A stretch of 64,000 nt of DNA from Eledone cirrhosa (lineage: Eukaryota), in the NCBI GenBank assembly GCA_964016885.1, contig OZ024741.1, positions 259,594,001-259,658,000 on the forward strand, in the 5' to 3' direction. The position numbers were made by a program, and so were the translations under genes. Below the pieces are notes generated by a model. It had not been told where the DNA came from and searched no databases. It was given only the letters and a program-made list of their open reading frames with translations. Of the stretch, positions 13,601 through 27,599 are shown piece after piece. Position 1 is the first letter of the stretch, and each line of letters begins with the position of its first letter.

Positions 13601-15155
13601 GTAAGCCGAAAATACTCGTAAGTCGGAACACCCGTAAGCCGAAACACTCGTATGTCGAAACACTCGTAAGCCGAAACAACATAAGTAAAAACACTCGTAA
13701 GCCGAAACACCCATAAGTCGAAACACTCGTAAGCCGAAACACTCGTAAGTCGAAACACTCATAAGCCGAAACACTCGTAAGTCGGAACACTCGTAAATCA
13801 GAACACCCGCAAGTCAGAACACTCGTAAATCAGAACACTCTTAAGTCGAAACTCACGTACGCCGAAACACTCGTAAGTCGAAACACTCGTAAGTCGAAAC
13901 ATCCTTAAGTCGAAACACTCGTACACCGAAACACTCGTAAGTATAAACATTAGTAAGTCGAAACACTCGTATGTCGAAACACTCGTAAACCGAAACACTC
14001 GTAAGTCGGAACACTCGTAAGTCAGAACACTCGTAAGTCAGAACACTCGTAAGTCGAAACACTCATAAGTCGAAACACTCGTAAGTCGAAACACCCGTAA
14101 GTCGAAACACCCGTAAGTCGAAACACTCGTATGTCGAATAACTCGTAAGCCGAAACACCGTAAGTCAAAACACTCGTAAGTCGAAACACTCGTAAGTCGA
14201 AACACCCATAAGCCGAAACATTCGTAAGCCAAAACATTCGTAAGTCGAAACACTCGTAAACCGAAACACTCGTAAGCCAAAACATTCGTAAGTCGAAACA
14301 CTCGTAAGTCGAAACACCCATAGCCGAAACACTTGTAAGTCTGAACACACGTAAGTCAGAACACCCGTAAGTCAGAACACTCGTAAGTCAGAACACTCGT
14401 AAGTCAGAACACTCGTAAGTCAGAGCACTCGTATCGAAACACTCGTATGTCAAAACACCCGTAAGTCAAAACACTCGTAAGTCGAAACACTCGCAAGCCG
14501 AAACACCGTAAGCCAAAACACTCGTAAGTCGAAACATCCGTAAGTCGGAACACTCGTAAGTCGAAACACTCGTAAGTCGAAACACTCGTAAGCCGAAACA
14601 CTCGTAAGCCGAAACACTCGTAAGTCGGAACACTCGTAAGTCGGAACACTCGTAAGTCAGAACACTCGTAAGTCAGAACACTCGTAAGTCAGAACACTCG
14701 TAAGTCAGAACACTCGTAAGTCGAAACACTCGTATCGAAACACTCGTATGTCAAAACACCCGTAAGTCAAAACACTCGTAAGTCGAAACACTCGTAAGTC
14801 GAAACACTCGTATGTCGAAACATCCGTAAATCAGAACACTCGTAAGTCGAAACACTCGTAAGTCGAAACACTCGTAAGCCGAAACACTCGTAAGTCGAAG
14901 CACTCGTATCGAAACACTCGTAAGTCGAAACACCCTTAAGTCAAAACACTCGTAAGCCAAAACACTCGTAAGTCGAAACACTCGTAAGTCGGAACACTCG
15001 TAAGTCAGAACACTCGTAAGTCAGAACACTCGTAAGTGGAAACACGCGTAAGTCGAAAGACCCGTAAGTCAAAAATCTCGTAAGTCAAAACACTCGTAAG
15101 CCGAAACACTCGTAAGTCGAAACACTCGTAAGTCGAAACATTCGTAAAGCGAAAC

Positions 15156-15224
15156 GTATAAATAAAGATTAATGTAATGAACTTGAAAAGCATAGATATT
15201 TGAAACCGCGTCTATTTGTTATTT
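15156..15224 (+). repeat. 69-bp AT-rich element, subtype A
   Basis: Matches 1536-1604. Confidence 0.95.
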
Positions 15225-16352
15225 TCGTAAGTCGAAACACTCGTAAGTCAGAACACTCGTAAGTCAGAACACTCTTAAGTCAGAACACTCGTATCGAAAC
15301 ACGTATGTCAAAACACCCGTAAGTCAAAACACTCGTAAGTCGAAACACTCGTAAGTCGAAACACTCGTAAGCCGAAACAATCGTAAGTCAAAACACTCGT
15401 AAGTCGAAACACTCGTAAGCCGAAAATACTCGTAAGTCGGAACACCCGTAAGCCGAAACCCTCGTAGGTCGGAACACTCGTAAGTCGAAACACTCGTAAG
15501 TCGAAACACCCGTAAGTCGAAACACTCGTAAGTCGAAACACCCGTAAGTCGAAACATCCGTAAGTCAAAACACTCGTATGTCGAAACACTCGTAATCCGA
15601 AACACTCGTAAGTCGGAACACTCGCAAGTCAGAACACTCGTAAGTCAGAACACTCGTAAGTCGAAACACTCGTAAGTCGAAACACCCGTAAGTCGAAACG
15701 CCCGTAAGTCAAAACACTCGTATGTCGAAACACTCGCAAGCCGAAAAACCGTAAGTCAAAACACTCGTAAGTCGAAACACTCGTAAATCGAAACACTCGT
15801 AAGCCGAAACACTCGTAAGCGAAAACATTCGTTAGTCGAAACACTCGTAACCCGAAACACTCGTAAGTCGAAACACTCGAAAGCCGAAACACTCGTAAGT
15901 CGAAACACTCATAAGCCGAAACACTCGTAAGTCGGAACACTCGTAAGTCAGAACACCCGTAAATCAGAACACTCGTAGTCAGAACACTCGTAAGTCGAAA
16001 CACTCGTAAGCCGAAACACTCGCAAGTCGAAGCACTCGTAATCCGAAACACTCTTAAGTCGAAACACTCGTAAGTCGGAACACTCGTAAGTCAGAACACT
16101 CGTAAGTCAGAACACTCGTAAGTCGAAACACTCGTAAGCCGAAACATCCGTAAGTCAAAACATCCGTAAGTCAAAACATTCGTAAGTCGAAACACCCGTA
16201 GTCGAAACACTCGCAAGTCGAAACACTCGTAAGTCGAAACACGCGTAAGTCGAAACACATGTAAGTCAAAACACTCGTAAGTCAAAACACTCGTAAGCCG
16301 AAACACTCGTAAGTCGAAACACTCGTAAGTCGAAACACTCGTAAAGCGAAAC

Positions 16353-16421
16353 GTATAAATAAATATTAATGTAATGAATTTGAAAAGCATAGAGATTTGA
16401 AACCGCGTCTATTTGTTATTT
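16353..16421 (+). repeat. 69-bp AT-rich element, subtype C
   Basis: Matches 7602-7670. Confidence 0.95.
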
Positions 16422-17229
16422 TCGTAAGTCGAAACACTCGTAAGCCGAAACACTCGTGAGCCGAAACACTCGTAAGTCGGAACACTCGTAAGTCAGAACA
16501 CTCGTAAGTCAGAACACTCGTAAGTTAGAACACTCGTAAGTCAGAACACTCGTAAGTCAGAACACTCGTAAGTCGAAACACTCGTATCGAAACACTCGTA
16601 TGTCAAAACACCCGTAAGTCAAAACACTCGTAAGTCGAAACACTCGTAAGTCGAAACACTCGTAAGCCGAAACACTCGTAAGCCGAAACACTCGTAAGTC
16701 GGAACACTCGTAAGTCGGAACACTCGTAAGACAGAACACTCGTAAGTCAGAACACTCGTAAGTCAGAACACTCGTAAGTCAGAACACTCGTAAGTCGAAA
16801 CACTCGTATCGAAACACTCGTATGTCAAAACACCCGTAAGTCAAAACACTCGTAAGTCGAAACACTCGTAAGTCGAAACACTCGTATGTCGAAACATCCG
16901 TAAATCAGAACACTCGTAAGTCGAAACACTCGTAAGTCGAAACACTCGTAAGCCGAAACACTCGTAAGTCGAAGCACTCGTATCGAAACACTCGTAAGTC
17001 GAAACACCCTTAAGTCAAAACACTCGTAAGCCAAAACACTCGTAAGTCGAAACACTCGTAAGTCGGAACACTCGTAAGTCAGAACACTCGTAAGTCAGAA
17101 CACTCGTAAGTGGAAACACGCGTAAGTCGAAAGACCCGTAAGTCAAAAATCTCGTAAGTCAAAACACTCGTAAGCCGAAACACTCGTAAGTCGAAACACT
17201 CGTAAGTCGAAACATTCGTAAAGCGAAAC

Positions 17230-17298
17230 GTATAAATAAAGATTAATGTAATGAACTTGAAAAGCATAGATATTTGAAACCGCGTCTATTTGTTATTT
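17230..17298 (+). repeat. 69-bp AT-rich element, subtype A
   Basis: Matches 1536-1604. Confidence 0.95.
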
Positions 17299-18410
17299 TC
17301 GTAAGTCGAAACACTCGTAAGTCAGAACACTCGTAAGTCAGAACACTCGTATCGAAACACGTATGTCAAAACACCCGTAAGTCAAAACACTCGTAAGTCG
17401 AAACACTCGTAAGTCGAAACACTCGTAAGCCGAAACAATCGTAAGTCAAAACACTCGTAAGTCGAAACACTCGTAAGCCGAAAATACTCGTAAGTCGGAA
17501 CACCCGTAAGCCGAAACCCTCGTAGGTCGGAACACTCGTAAGTCGAAACACTCTTAAGTCGAAACACCCGTAAGTCGAAACACTCGTAAGTCGAAACACC
17601 CGTAAGTCGAAACATCCGTAAGTCAAAACACTCGTATGTCGAAACACTCGTAAGCCGAAACACTCGTAAGTCGGAACACTCGCAAGTCAGAACACTCGTA
17701 AGTCAGAACACTCGTAAGTCGAAACACTCGTAAGTCGAAACACCCGTAAGTCGAAACGCCCGTAAGTCAAAACACTCGTATGTCGAAACACTCGCAAGCC
17801 GAAAAACCGTAAGTCAAAACACTCGTAAGTCGAAACACTCGTAAATCGAAACACTCGTAAGCCGAAACACTCGTAAGCGAAAACATTCGTTAGTCGAAAC
17901 ACTCGTAACCCGAAACACTCGTAAGTCGAAACACTCGAAAGCCGAAACACTCGTAAGTCGAAACACTCATAAGCCGAAACACTCGTAAGTCGGAACACTC
18001 GTAAGTCAGAACACCCGTAAATCAGAACACTCGTAGTCAGAACACTCGTAAGTCGAAACACTCGTAAGCCGAAACACTCGCAAGTCGAAGCACTCGTAAT
18101 CCGAAACACTCTTAAGTCGAAACACTCGTAAGTCGGAACACTCGTAAGTCAGAACACTCGTAAGTCAGAACACTCGTAAGTCGAAACACTCGTAAGCCGA
18201 AACATCCGTAAGTCAAAACATCCGTAAGTCAAAACATTCGTAAGTCGAAACACCCGTAGTCGAAACACTCGCAAGTCGAAACACTCGTAAGTCGAAACAC
18301 GCGTAAGTCGAAACACATGTAAGTCAAAACACTCGTAAGTCAAAACACTCGTAAGCCGAAACACTCGTAAGTCGAAACACTCGTAAGTCGAAACACTCGT
18401 AAAGCGAAAC

Positions 18411-18479
18411 GTATCAATAAAGATTAATGTAATGAATTTGAAAAGCATAGAGATTTGAAACCGCGTCTATTTGTTATTT
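18411..18479 (+). repeat. 69-bp AT-rich element, subtype B
   Basis: Matches 2717-2785. Confidence 0.95.
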
Positions 18480-19286
18480 TCGTAAGTCGAAACACTCGTA
18501 AGCCGAAACACTCGTGAGCCGAAACACTCGTAAGTCGGAACACTCGTAAGTCAGAACACTCGTAAGTCAGAACACTCGTAAGTTAGAACACTCGTAAGTC
18601 AGAACACTCGTAAGTCAGAACACTCGTAAGTCAAAACACTCGTATCGAAACACTCGTATGTCAAAACACCCGTAAGTCAAAACACTCGTAAGTCGAAACA
18701 CTCGTAAGTCGAAACACTCGTAAGCCGAAACACTCGAAAGCCGAAACACTCGTAAGTCGGAACACTCGTAAGTCGGAACACTCGTAAGTCAGAACACTCG
18801 TAAGTCAGAACACTCGTAAGTCAGAACACTCGTAAGTCGAAACACTCGTATCGAAACACTCGTATGTCAAAACACCGTAAGTCAAAACACTCGTAAGTCG
18901 AAACACTTGTAAGTCGAAACACTCGTATGTCGAAACATCCGTAAATCAGAACACTCGTAAGTCGAAACACTCGTAAGTCGAAACACTCGTAAGCCGAAAC
19001 ACTCGTAAGTCGAAGCACTCGTATCGAAACACTCGTAAGTCGAAACACCCTTAAGTCAAAACACTCGTAAGCCAAAACACTCGTAAGTCGAAACACTCGT
19101 AAGTCGGAACACTCGTAAGTCAGAACACTCGTAAGTCAGAACACTCGTAAGTGGAAACACGCGTAAGTCGAAAGACCCGTAAGTCAAAAATCTCGTAAGT
19201 CAAAACACTCGTAAGCCGAAACACTCGTAAGTCGAAACACTCGTAAGTCGAAACACTCGTAAGTCGAAACATTCGTAAAGCGAAAC

Positions 19287-19355
19287 GTATAAATAAAGAT
19301 TAATGTAATGAACTTGAAAAGCATAGATATTTGAAACCGCGTCTATTTGTTATTT
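19287..19355 (+). repeat. 69-bp AT-rich element, subtype A
   Basis: Matches 1536-1604. Confidence 0.95.
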
Positions 19356-22067
19356 TCGTAAGTCGAAACACTCGTAAGTCAGAACACTCGTAAGTCAGAA
19401 CACTCTTAAGTCAGAACACTCGTATCGAAACACGTATGTCAAAACACCCGTAAGTCAAAACACTCGTAAGTCGAAACACTCGTAAGTCGAAACACTCGTA
19501 AGCCGAAACAATCGTAAGTCAAAACACTCGTAAGTCGAAACACTCGTAAGCCGAAAATACTCGTAAGTCGGAACACCCGTAAGCCGAAACCCTCGTAGGT
19601 CGGAACACTCGTAAGTCAAAACACTCGTAAGTCGAAACACCCGTAAGTCGAAACACTCGTAAGTCGAAACACCCGTAAGTCGAAACATCCGTAAGTCAAA
19701 ACACTCGTATGTCGAAACACTCGTAAGCCGAAACACTCGTAAGTCAGAACACTCGTAAGTCAGAACACTCGTAAGTCGAAACACTCATAAGTCGAAACAC
19801 TCGTAAGTCGAAACACCCGTAAGTCGAAACACCCGTAAGTCGAAACACTCGTATGTCGAATAACTCGTAAGCCGAAACACCGTAAGTCAAAACACTCGTA
19901 AGTCGAAACACTCGTAAGTCGAAACACCCATAAGCCGAAACATTCGTAAGCCAAAACATTCGTAAGTCGAAACACTCGTAAACCGAAACACTCGTAAGCC
20001 AAAACATTCGTAAGTAAAAACACTCGTAAGTCGAAACACCCATAGCCGAAACACTTGTAAGTCTGAACACACGTAAGTCAGAACACCCGTAAGTCAGAAC
20101 ACTCGTAAGTCAGAACACTCGTAAGTCAGAACACTCGTAAGTCAGAGCACTCGTATCGAAACACTCGTATGTCAAAACACCCGTAAGTCAAAACACTCGT
20201 AAGTCGAAACACTCGTAAGCCGAAACACCGTAAGCCAAAACACTCGTAAGTCGAAACACCCGTAAGTCGGAACACTCGTAAGTCGAAACACTCGTAAGTC
20301 GAAACACTCGTAAGCCGAAACACTCGTAAGCCGAAACACTCGTAAGTCGGAACACTCGTAAGTCGGAACACTCGTAAGTCAGAACACTCGTAAGTCAGAA
20401 CACTCGTAAGTCAGAACACTCGTAAGTCAGAACACTCGTAAGTCGAAACACTCGTATCGAAACACTCGTATGTCAAAACACCCGTAAGTCAAAACACTCG
20501 TAAGTCGAAACACTCGTAAGTCGAAACATTCGTATGTCGAAACATCCGTAAATCAGAACACTCGTAAGTCGAAACACTCGTAAGTCGAAACACTCGTAAG
20601 CCGAAACACTCGTAAGTCGAAGCACTCGTATCGAAACACTCGTAAGTCGAAACACCCTTAAGTCAAAACACTCGTAAGCCAAAACACTCGTAAGTCGAAA
20701 CACTCGTAAGTCGGAACACTCGTAAGTCAGAACACTCGTAAGTCAGAACACTCGTAAGTGGAAACACGCGTAAGTCGAAACACTCGTAAGTCGAAACACC
20801 CGTAAGTCGAAACACCCGTAAGTCGAAACACTCGTATGTCGAATAACTCGTAAGCCGAAACACCGTAAGTCAAAACACTCGTAAGTCGAAACACTCGTAA
20901 GTCGAAACACCCATAAGCCGAAACACTCGTAAGCCAAAACATTCGTAAGTCGAAACACTCGTAAACCGAAACACTCGTAAGCCAAAACATTCGTAAGTCG
21001 AAACACTCGTAAGTCGAAACACCCATAGCCGAAACACTCGTAAGTCTGAACACACGTAAGTCAGAACAGCCGTAAGTCAGAACACTCGTAAGTCAGAACA
21101 CTCGTAAGTCAGAACACTCGTAAGTCAGAGCACTCGTATCGAAACACTCGTATGTCAAAACACCCGTAAGTCAAAACACTCGTAAGTCGAAACACTCGTA
21201 AGCCGAAACACCGTAAGCCAAAACACTCGTAAGTCGAAACACCCGTAAGTCGGAACACTCGTAAGTCGAAACACTCGTAAGTCGAAACACTCGTAAGCCG
21301 AAACACTCGTAAGCCGAAACACTCGTAAGTCGGAACACTCGTAAGTCGGAACACTCGTAAGTCAGAACACTCGTAAGTCAGAACACTCGTAAGTCAGAAC
21401 ACTCGTAAGTCGAAACACTCGTAAGTCGAAACACTCGTAAGCCGAAACACTCGTAAGTCGAAGCACTCGTATCGAAACACTCGTAAGTCGAAACACCCTT
21501 AAGTCAAAACACTCGTAAGCCAAAACACTCGTAAGTCGAAACACTCGTAAGTCGGAACACTCGTAAGTCAGAACACTCGTAAGTCAGAACACTCGTAAGT
21601 GGAAACACGCGTAAGTCGAAAGACCCGTAAGTCAAAACACTCGTAAGTCGAAGCACTCGTATCGAAACACTCGTAAGTCGAAACACCCTTAAGTCAAAAC
21701 ACTCGTAAGCCAAAACACTCGTAAGCCGAAACACTCGTAAGTCGGAACACTCGTAAGTCGGAACACTCGTAAGTCAGAACACTCGTAAGTCAGAACACTC
21801 GTAAGTCAGAACACTCGTAAGTCAGAACACTCGTAAGTCGAAACACTCGTAAGCCGAAACATCCGTAAGTCAAAACATCCGTAAGTCAAAACATTCGTAA
21901 GTCGAAACACCCGTAGTCGAAACACTCGCAAGTCGAAACACTCGTAAGTCGAAACACGCGTAAGTCGAAACACATGTAAGTCAAAACACTCGTAAGTCAA
22001 AACACTCGTAAGCCGAAACACTCGTAAGTCGAAACACTCGTAAGTCGAAACACTCGTAAAGCGAAAC

Positions 22068-22136
22068 GTATCAATAAAGATTAATGTAATGAATTTAAAA
22101 AGCATAGAGATTTGAAACCGCGTCTATTTGTTATTT
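22068..22136 (+). repeat. 69-bp AT-rich element, subtype B with a private G>A
   Basis: GAATTTAAAAAGC instead of GAATTTGAAAAGC. Confidence 0.95.
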
Positions 22137-24275
22137 TCGTAAGTCGAAACACTCGTAAGCCGAAACACTCGTGATCCGAAACACTCGTAAGTCGGAACAC
22201 TCGTAAGTCAGAATACTCGTAAGTCAGAACACTCGTAAGTTAGAACACTCGTAAGTCAGAACACTCGTAAGTCAGAACACTCGTAAGTCGAAACACTCGT
22301 ATCGAAACACTCGTATGTCAAAACACCCGTAAGTCAAAACACTCGTAAGTCGAAACACTCGTAAGTCGAAACACTCGTAAGCCGAAACACTCGAAAGCCG
22401 AAACACTCGTAAGTCGGAACACTCGTAAGTCGGAACACTCGTAAGTCAGAACACTCGTAAGTCAGAACACTCGTAAGTCAGAACACTCGTAAGTCGAAAC
22501 ACTCGTATCGAAACACTCGTATGTCAAAACACCCGTAAGTCAAAACACTCGTAAGTCGAAACACTTGTAAGTCGAAACACTCGTATGTCGAAACATCCGT
22601 AAATCAGAACACTCGTAAGTCGAAACACTCGTAAGTCGAAACACTCGTAAGCCGAAACACTCGTAAGTCGAAGCACTCGTATCGAAACACTCGTAAGTCG
22701 AAACACCCTTAAGTCAAAACACTCGTAAGCCAAAACACTCGTAAGTCGAAACACTCGTAAGTCGGAACACTCGTAAGCCGAAACACTCGTAAGTCGGAAC
22801 ACTCGTAAGTCGGAACACTCGTAAGTCAGAACACTCGTAAGTCAGAACACTCGTAAGTCAGAACACTCGTAAGTCAGAACACTCGTAAGTCGAAACACTC
22901 GTATCGAAACACTCGTATGTCAAAACACCCGTAAGTCAAAACACTCGTAAGTCGAAACACTCGTAAGTCGAAACATTCGTATGTCGAAACATCCGTAAAT
23001 CAGAACACTCGTAAGTCGAAACACTCGTAAGTCGAAACACTCGTAAGCCGAAACACTCGTAAGTCGAAGCAATCGTATCGAAACACTCGTAAGTCGAAAC
23101 ACCCTTAAGTCAAAACACTCGTAAGCCAAAACACTCGTAAGTCGAAACACTCGTAAGTCGGAACACTCGTAAGTCAGAACACTCGTAAGTCAGAACACTC
23201 GTAAGTGGAAACACGCGTAAGTCGAAACACTCATAAGTCGAAACACTCGTAAGTCGAAACACCCGTAAGTCGAAACACCCGTAAGTCGAAACACTCGTAT
23301 GTCGAATAACTCGTAAGCCGAAACACCGTAAGTCAAAACACTCGTAAGTCGAAACACTCGTAAGTCGAAACACCCATAAGCCGAAACACTCGTAAGCCAA
23401 AACATTCGTAAGTCGAAACACTCGTAAACCGAAACACTCGTAAGCCAAAACATTCGTAAGTCGAAACACTCGTAAGTCGAAACACCCATAGCCGAAACAC
23501 TCGTAAGTCTGAACACACGTAAGTCAGAACAGCCGTAAGTCAGAACACTCGTAAGTCAGAACACTCGTAAGTCAGAACACTCGTAAGTCAGAGCACTCGT
23601 ATCGAAACACTCGTATGTCAAAACACCCGTAAGTCAAAACACTCGTAAGTCGAAACACTCGTAAGCCGAAACACCGTAAGCCAAAACACTCGTAAGTCGA
23701 AACACCCGTAAGTCGGAACACTCGTAAGTCGAAACACTCGTAAGTCGAAACACTCGTAAGCCGAAACACTCGTAAGCCGAAACACTCGTAAGTCGGAACA
23801 CTCGTAAGTCGGAACACTCGTAAGTCAGAACACTCGTAAGTCAGAACACTCGTAAGTCAGAACACTCGTAAGTCAGAACACTCGTAAGTCGAAACACTCG
23901 TATCGAAACACTCGTATGTCAAAACACCCGTAAGTCAAAACACTCGTAAGTCGAAACACTCGTAAGTCGAAACACTCGTATGTCGAAACATCCGTAAATC
24001 AGAACACTCGTAAGTCGAAACACTCGTAAGTTGAAACACTCGTAAGCCGAAACACTCGTAAGTCGAAGCACTCGTATCGAAACACTCGTAAGTCGAAACA
24101 CCCTTAAGTCAAAACACTCGTAAGCCAAAACACTCGTAAGTCGAAACACTCGTAAGTCGGAACACTCGTAAGTCAGAACACTCGTAAGTCAGAACACTCG
24201 TAAGTGGAAACACGCGTAAGTCGAAACACTCGTAAGTCGAAACACTCGTAAGTCGAAACATTCGTAAAGCGAAAC

Positions 24276-24344
24276 GTATAAATAAAGATTAATGTAATGA
24301 ACTTGAAAAGCATAGATATTTGAAACCGCGTCTATTTGTTATTT
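24276..24344 (+). repeat. 69-bp AT-rich element, subtype A
   Basis: Matches 1536-1604. Confidence 0.95.
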
Positions 24345-25472
24345 TCGTAAGTCGAAACACTCGTAAGTCAGAACACTCGTAAGTCAGAACACTCTTAAGT
24401 CAAAACACTCGTATCGAAACACGTATGTCAAAACACCCGTAAGTCAAAACACTCGTAAGTCGAAACACTCGTAAGTCGAAACACTCGTAAGCCGAAACAA
24501 TCGTAAGTCAAAACACTCGTAAGTCGAAACACTCGTAAGCCGAAAATACTCGTAAGTCGGAACACCCGTAAGCCGAAACCCTCGTAGGTCGGAACACTCG
24601 TAAGTCGAAAAACTCGTAAGTCGAAACACCCGTAAGTCGAAACACTCGTAAGTCGAAACACCCGTAAGTCGAAACATCCGTAAGTCAAAACACTCGTATG
24701 TCGAAACACTCGTAAGCCGAAACACTCGTAAGTCGGAACACTCGCAAGTCAGAACACTCGTAAGTCAGAACACTCGTAAGTCGAAACACTCGTAAGTCGA
24801 AACACCCGTAAGTCGAAACGCCCGTAAGTCAAAACACTCGTATGTCGAAACACTCGCAAGCCGAAAAACCGTAAGTCAAAACACTCGTAAGTCGAAAGAC
24901 TCGTAAATCGAAACACTCGTAAGCCGAAACACTCGTAAGCGAAAACATTCGTTAGTCGAAACACTCGTATCCCGAAACACTCGTAAGTCGAAACACTCGA
25001 AAGCCGAAACACTCGTAAGTCGAAACACTCATAAGCCGAAACACTCGTAAGTCGGAACACTCGTAAGTCAGAACACCCGTAAATCAGAACACTCGTAGTC
25101 AGAACACTCGTAAGTCGAAACACTCGTAAGCCGAAACACTCGCAAGTCGAAGCACTCGTAATCCGAAACACTCTTAAGTCGAAACACTCGTAAGTCGGAA
25201 CACTCGTAAGTCAGAACACTCGTAAGTCAGAACACTCGTACGTCGAAACACTCGTAAGCCGAAACATCCGTAAGTCAAAACATCCGTAAGTCAAAACATT
25301 CGTAAGTCGAAACACCCGTAGTCGAAACACTCGCAAGTCGAAACACTCGTAAGTCGAAGCACGCGTAAGTCGAAACACATGTAAGTCAAAACACTCGTAA
25401 GTCAAAACACTCGTAAGCCGAAACACTCGTAAGTCGAAACACTCGTAAGTCGAAACACTCGTAAAGCGAAAC

Positions 25473-25541
25473 GTATAAATAAATATTAATGTAATGAATT
25501 TGAAAAGCATAGAGATTTGAAACCGCGTCTATTTGTTATTT
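25473..25541 (+). repeat. 69-bp AT-rich element, subtype C
   Basis: Matches 7602-7670. Confidence 0.95.
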
Positions 25542-26349
25542 TCGTAAGTCGAAACACTCGTAAGCCGAAACACTCGTGAGCCGAAACACTCGTAAGTCGG
25601 AACACTCGTAAGTCAGAACACTCGTAAGTCAGAACACTCGTAAGTTAGAACACTCGTAAGTCAGAACACTCGTAAGTCAGAACACTCGTAAGTCGAAACA
25701 CTCGTATCGAAACACTCGTATGTCAAAACACCCGTAAGTCAAAACACTCGTAAGTCGAAACACTCGTAAGTCGAAACACTCGTAAGCCGAAACACTCGTA
25801 AGCCGAAACACTCGTAAGTCGGAACACTCGTAAGTCGGAACACTCGTAAGTCAGAACACTCGTAAGTCAGAACACTCGTAAGTCAGAACACTCGTAAGTC
25901 AGAACACTCGTAAGTCGAAACACTCGTATCGAAGCACTCGTATGTCAAAACACCCGTAAGTCAAAACACTCGTAAGTCGAAACACTCGTAAGTCGAAACA
26001 CTCGTATGTCGAAACATCCGTAAATCAGAACACTCGTAAGTCGAAACACTCGTAAGTCGAAACACTCGTAAGCCGAAACACTCGTAAGTCGAAGCACTCG
26101 TATCGAAACACTCGTAAGTCGAAACACCCTTAAGTCAAAACACTCGTAAGCCAAAACACTCGTAAGTCGAAACACTCGTAAGTCGGAACACTCGTAAGTC
26201 AGAACACTCGTAAGTCAGAACACTCGTAAGTGGAAACACGCGTAAGTCGAAAGACCCGTAAGTCAAAAATCTCGTAAGTCAAAACACTCGTAAGCCGAAA
26301 CACTCGTAAGTCGAAACACTCGTAAGTCGAAACATTCGTAAAGCGAAAC

Positions 26350-26418
26350 GTATAAATAAAGATTAATGTAATGAACTTGAAAAGCATAGATATTTGAAAC
26401 CGCGTCTATTTGTTATTT
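26350..26418 (+). repeat. 69-bp AT-rich element, subtype A
   Basis: Matches 1536-1604. Confidence 0.95.
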
Positions 26419-27530
26419 TCGTAAGTCGAAACACTCGTAAGTCAGAACACTCGTAAGTCAGAACACTCGTATCGAAACACGTATGTCAAAACACCCGTAA
26501 GTCAAAACACTCGTAAGTCGAAACACTCGTAAGTCGAAACACTCGTAAGCCGAAACAATCGTAAGTCAAAACACTCGTAAGTCGAAACACTCGTAAGCCG
26601 AAAATACTCGTAAGTCGGAACACCCGTAAGCCGAAACCCTCGTAGGTCGGAACACTCGTAAGTCGAAACACTCTTAAGTCGAAACACCCGTAAGTCGAAA
26701 CACTCGTAAGTCGAAACACCCGTAAGTCGAAACATCCGTAAGTCAAAACACTCGTATGTCGAAACACTCGTAAGCCGAAACACTCGTAAGTCGGAACACT
26801 CGCAAGTCAGAACACTCGTAAGTCAGAACACTCGTAAGTCGAAACACTCGTAAGTCGAAACACCCGTAAGTCGAAACGCCCGTAAGTCAAAACACTCGTA
26901 TGTCGAAACACTCGCAAGCCGAAAAACCGTAAGTCAAAACACTCGTAAGTCGAAACACTCGTAAATCGAAACACTCGTAAGCCGAAACACTCGTAAGCGA
27001 AAACATTCGTTAGTCGAAACACTCGTAACCCGAAACACTCGTAAGTCGAAACACTCGAAAGCCGAAACACTCGTAAGTCGAAACACTCATAAGCCGAAAC
27101 ACTCGTAAGTCGGAACACTCGTAAGTCAGAACACCCGTAAATCAGAACACTCGTAGTCAGAACACTCGTAAGTCGAAACACTCGTAAGCCGAAACACTCG
27201 CAAGTCGAAGCACTCGTAATCCGAAACACTCTTAAGTCGAAACACTCGTAAGTCGGAACACTCGTAAGTCAGAACACTCGTAAGTCAGAACACTCGTAAG
27301 TCGAAACACTCGTAAGCCGAAACATCCGTAAGTCAAAACATCCGTAAGTCAAAACATTCGTAAGTCGAAACACCCGTAGTCGAAACACTCGCAAGTCGAA
27401 ACACTCGTAAGTCGAAACACGCGTAAGTCGAAACACATGTAAGTCAAAACACTCGTAAGTCAAAACACTCGTAAGCCGAAACACTCGTAAGTCGAAACAC
27501 TCGTAAGTCGAAACACTCGTAAAGCGAAAC

Positions 27531-27599
27531 GTATCAATAAAGATTAATGTAATGAATTTGAAAAGCATAGAGATTTGAAACCGCGTCTATTTGTTATTT
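27531..27599 (+). repeat. 69-bp AT-rich element, subtype B
   Basis: Matches 2717-2785. Confidence 0.95.

Noticed and set aside
18871-18880. 1-bp deletion (AACACCGT versus AACACCCGT in the homologous copy at ~27991) as a meaningful variant
   Set aside because: A single homopolymer-length difference that cannot be told apart from a consensus error.
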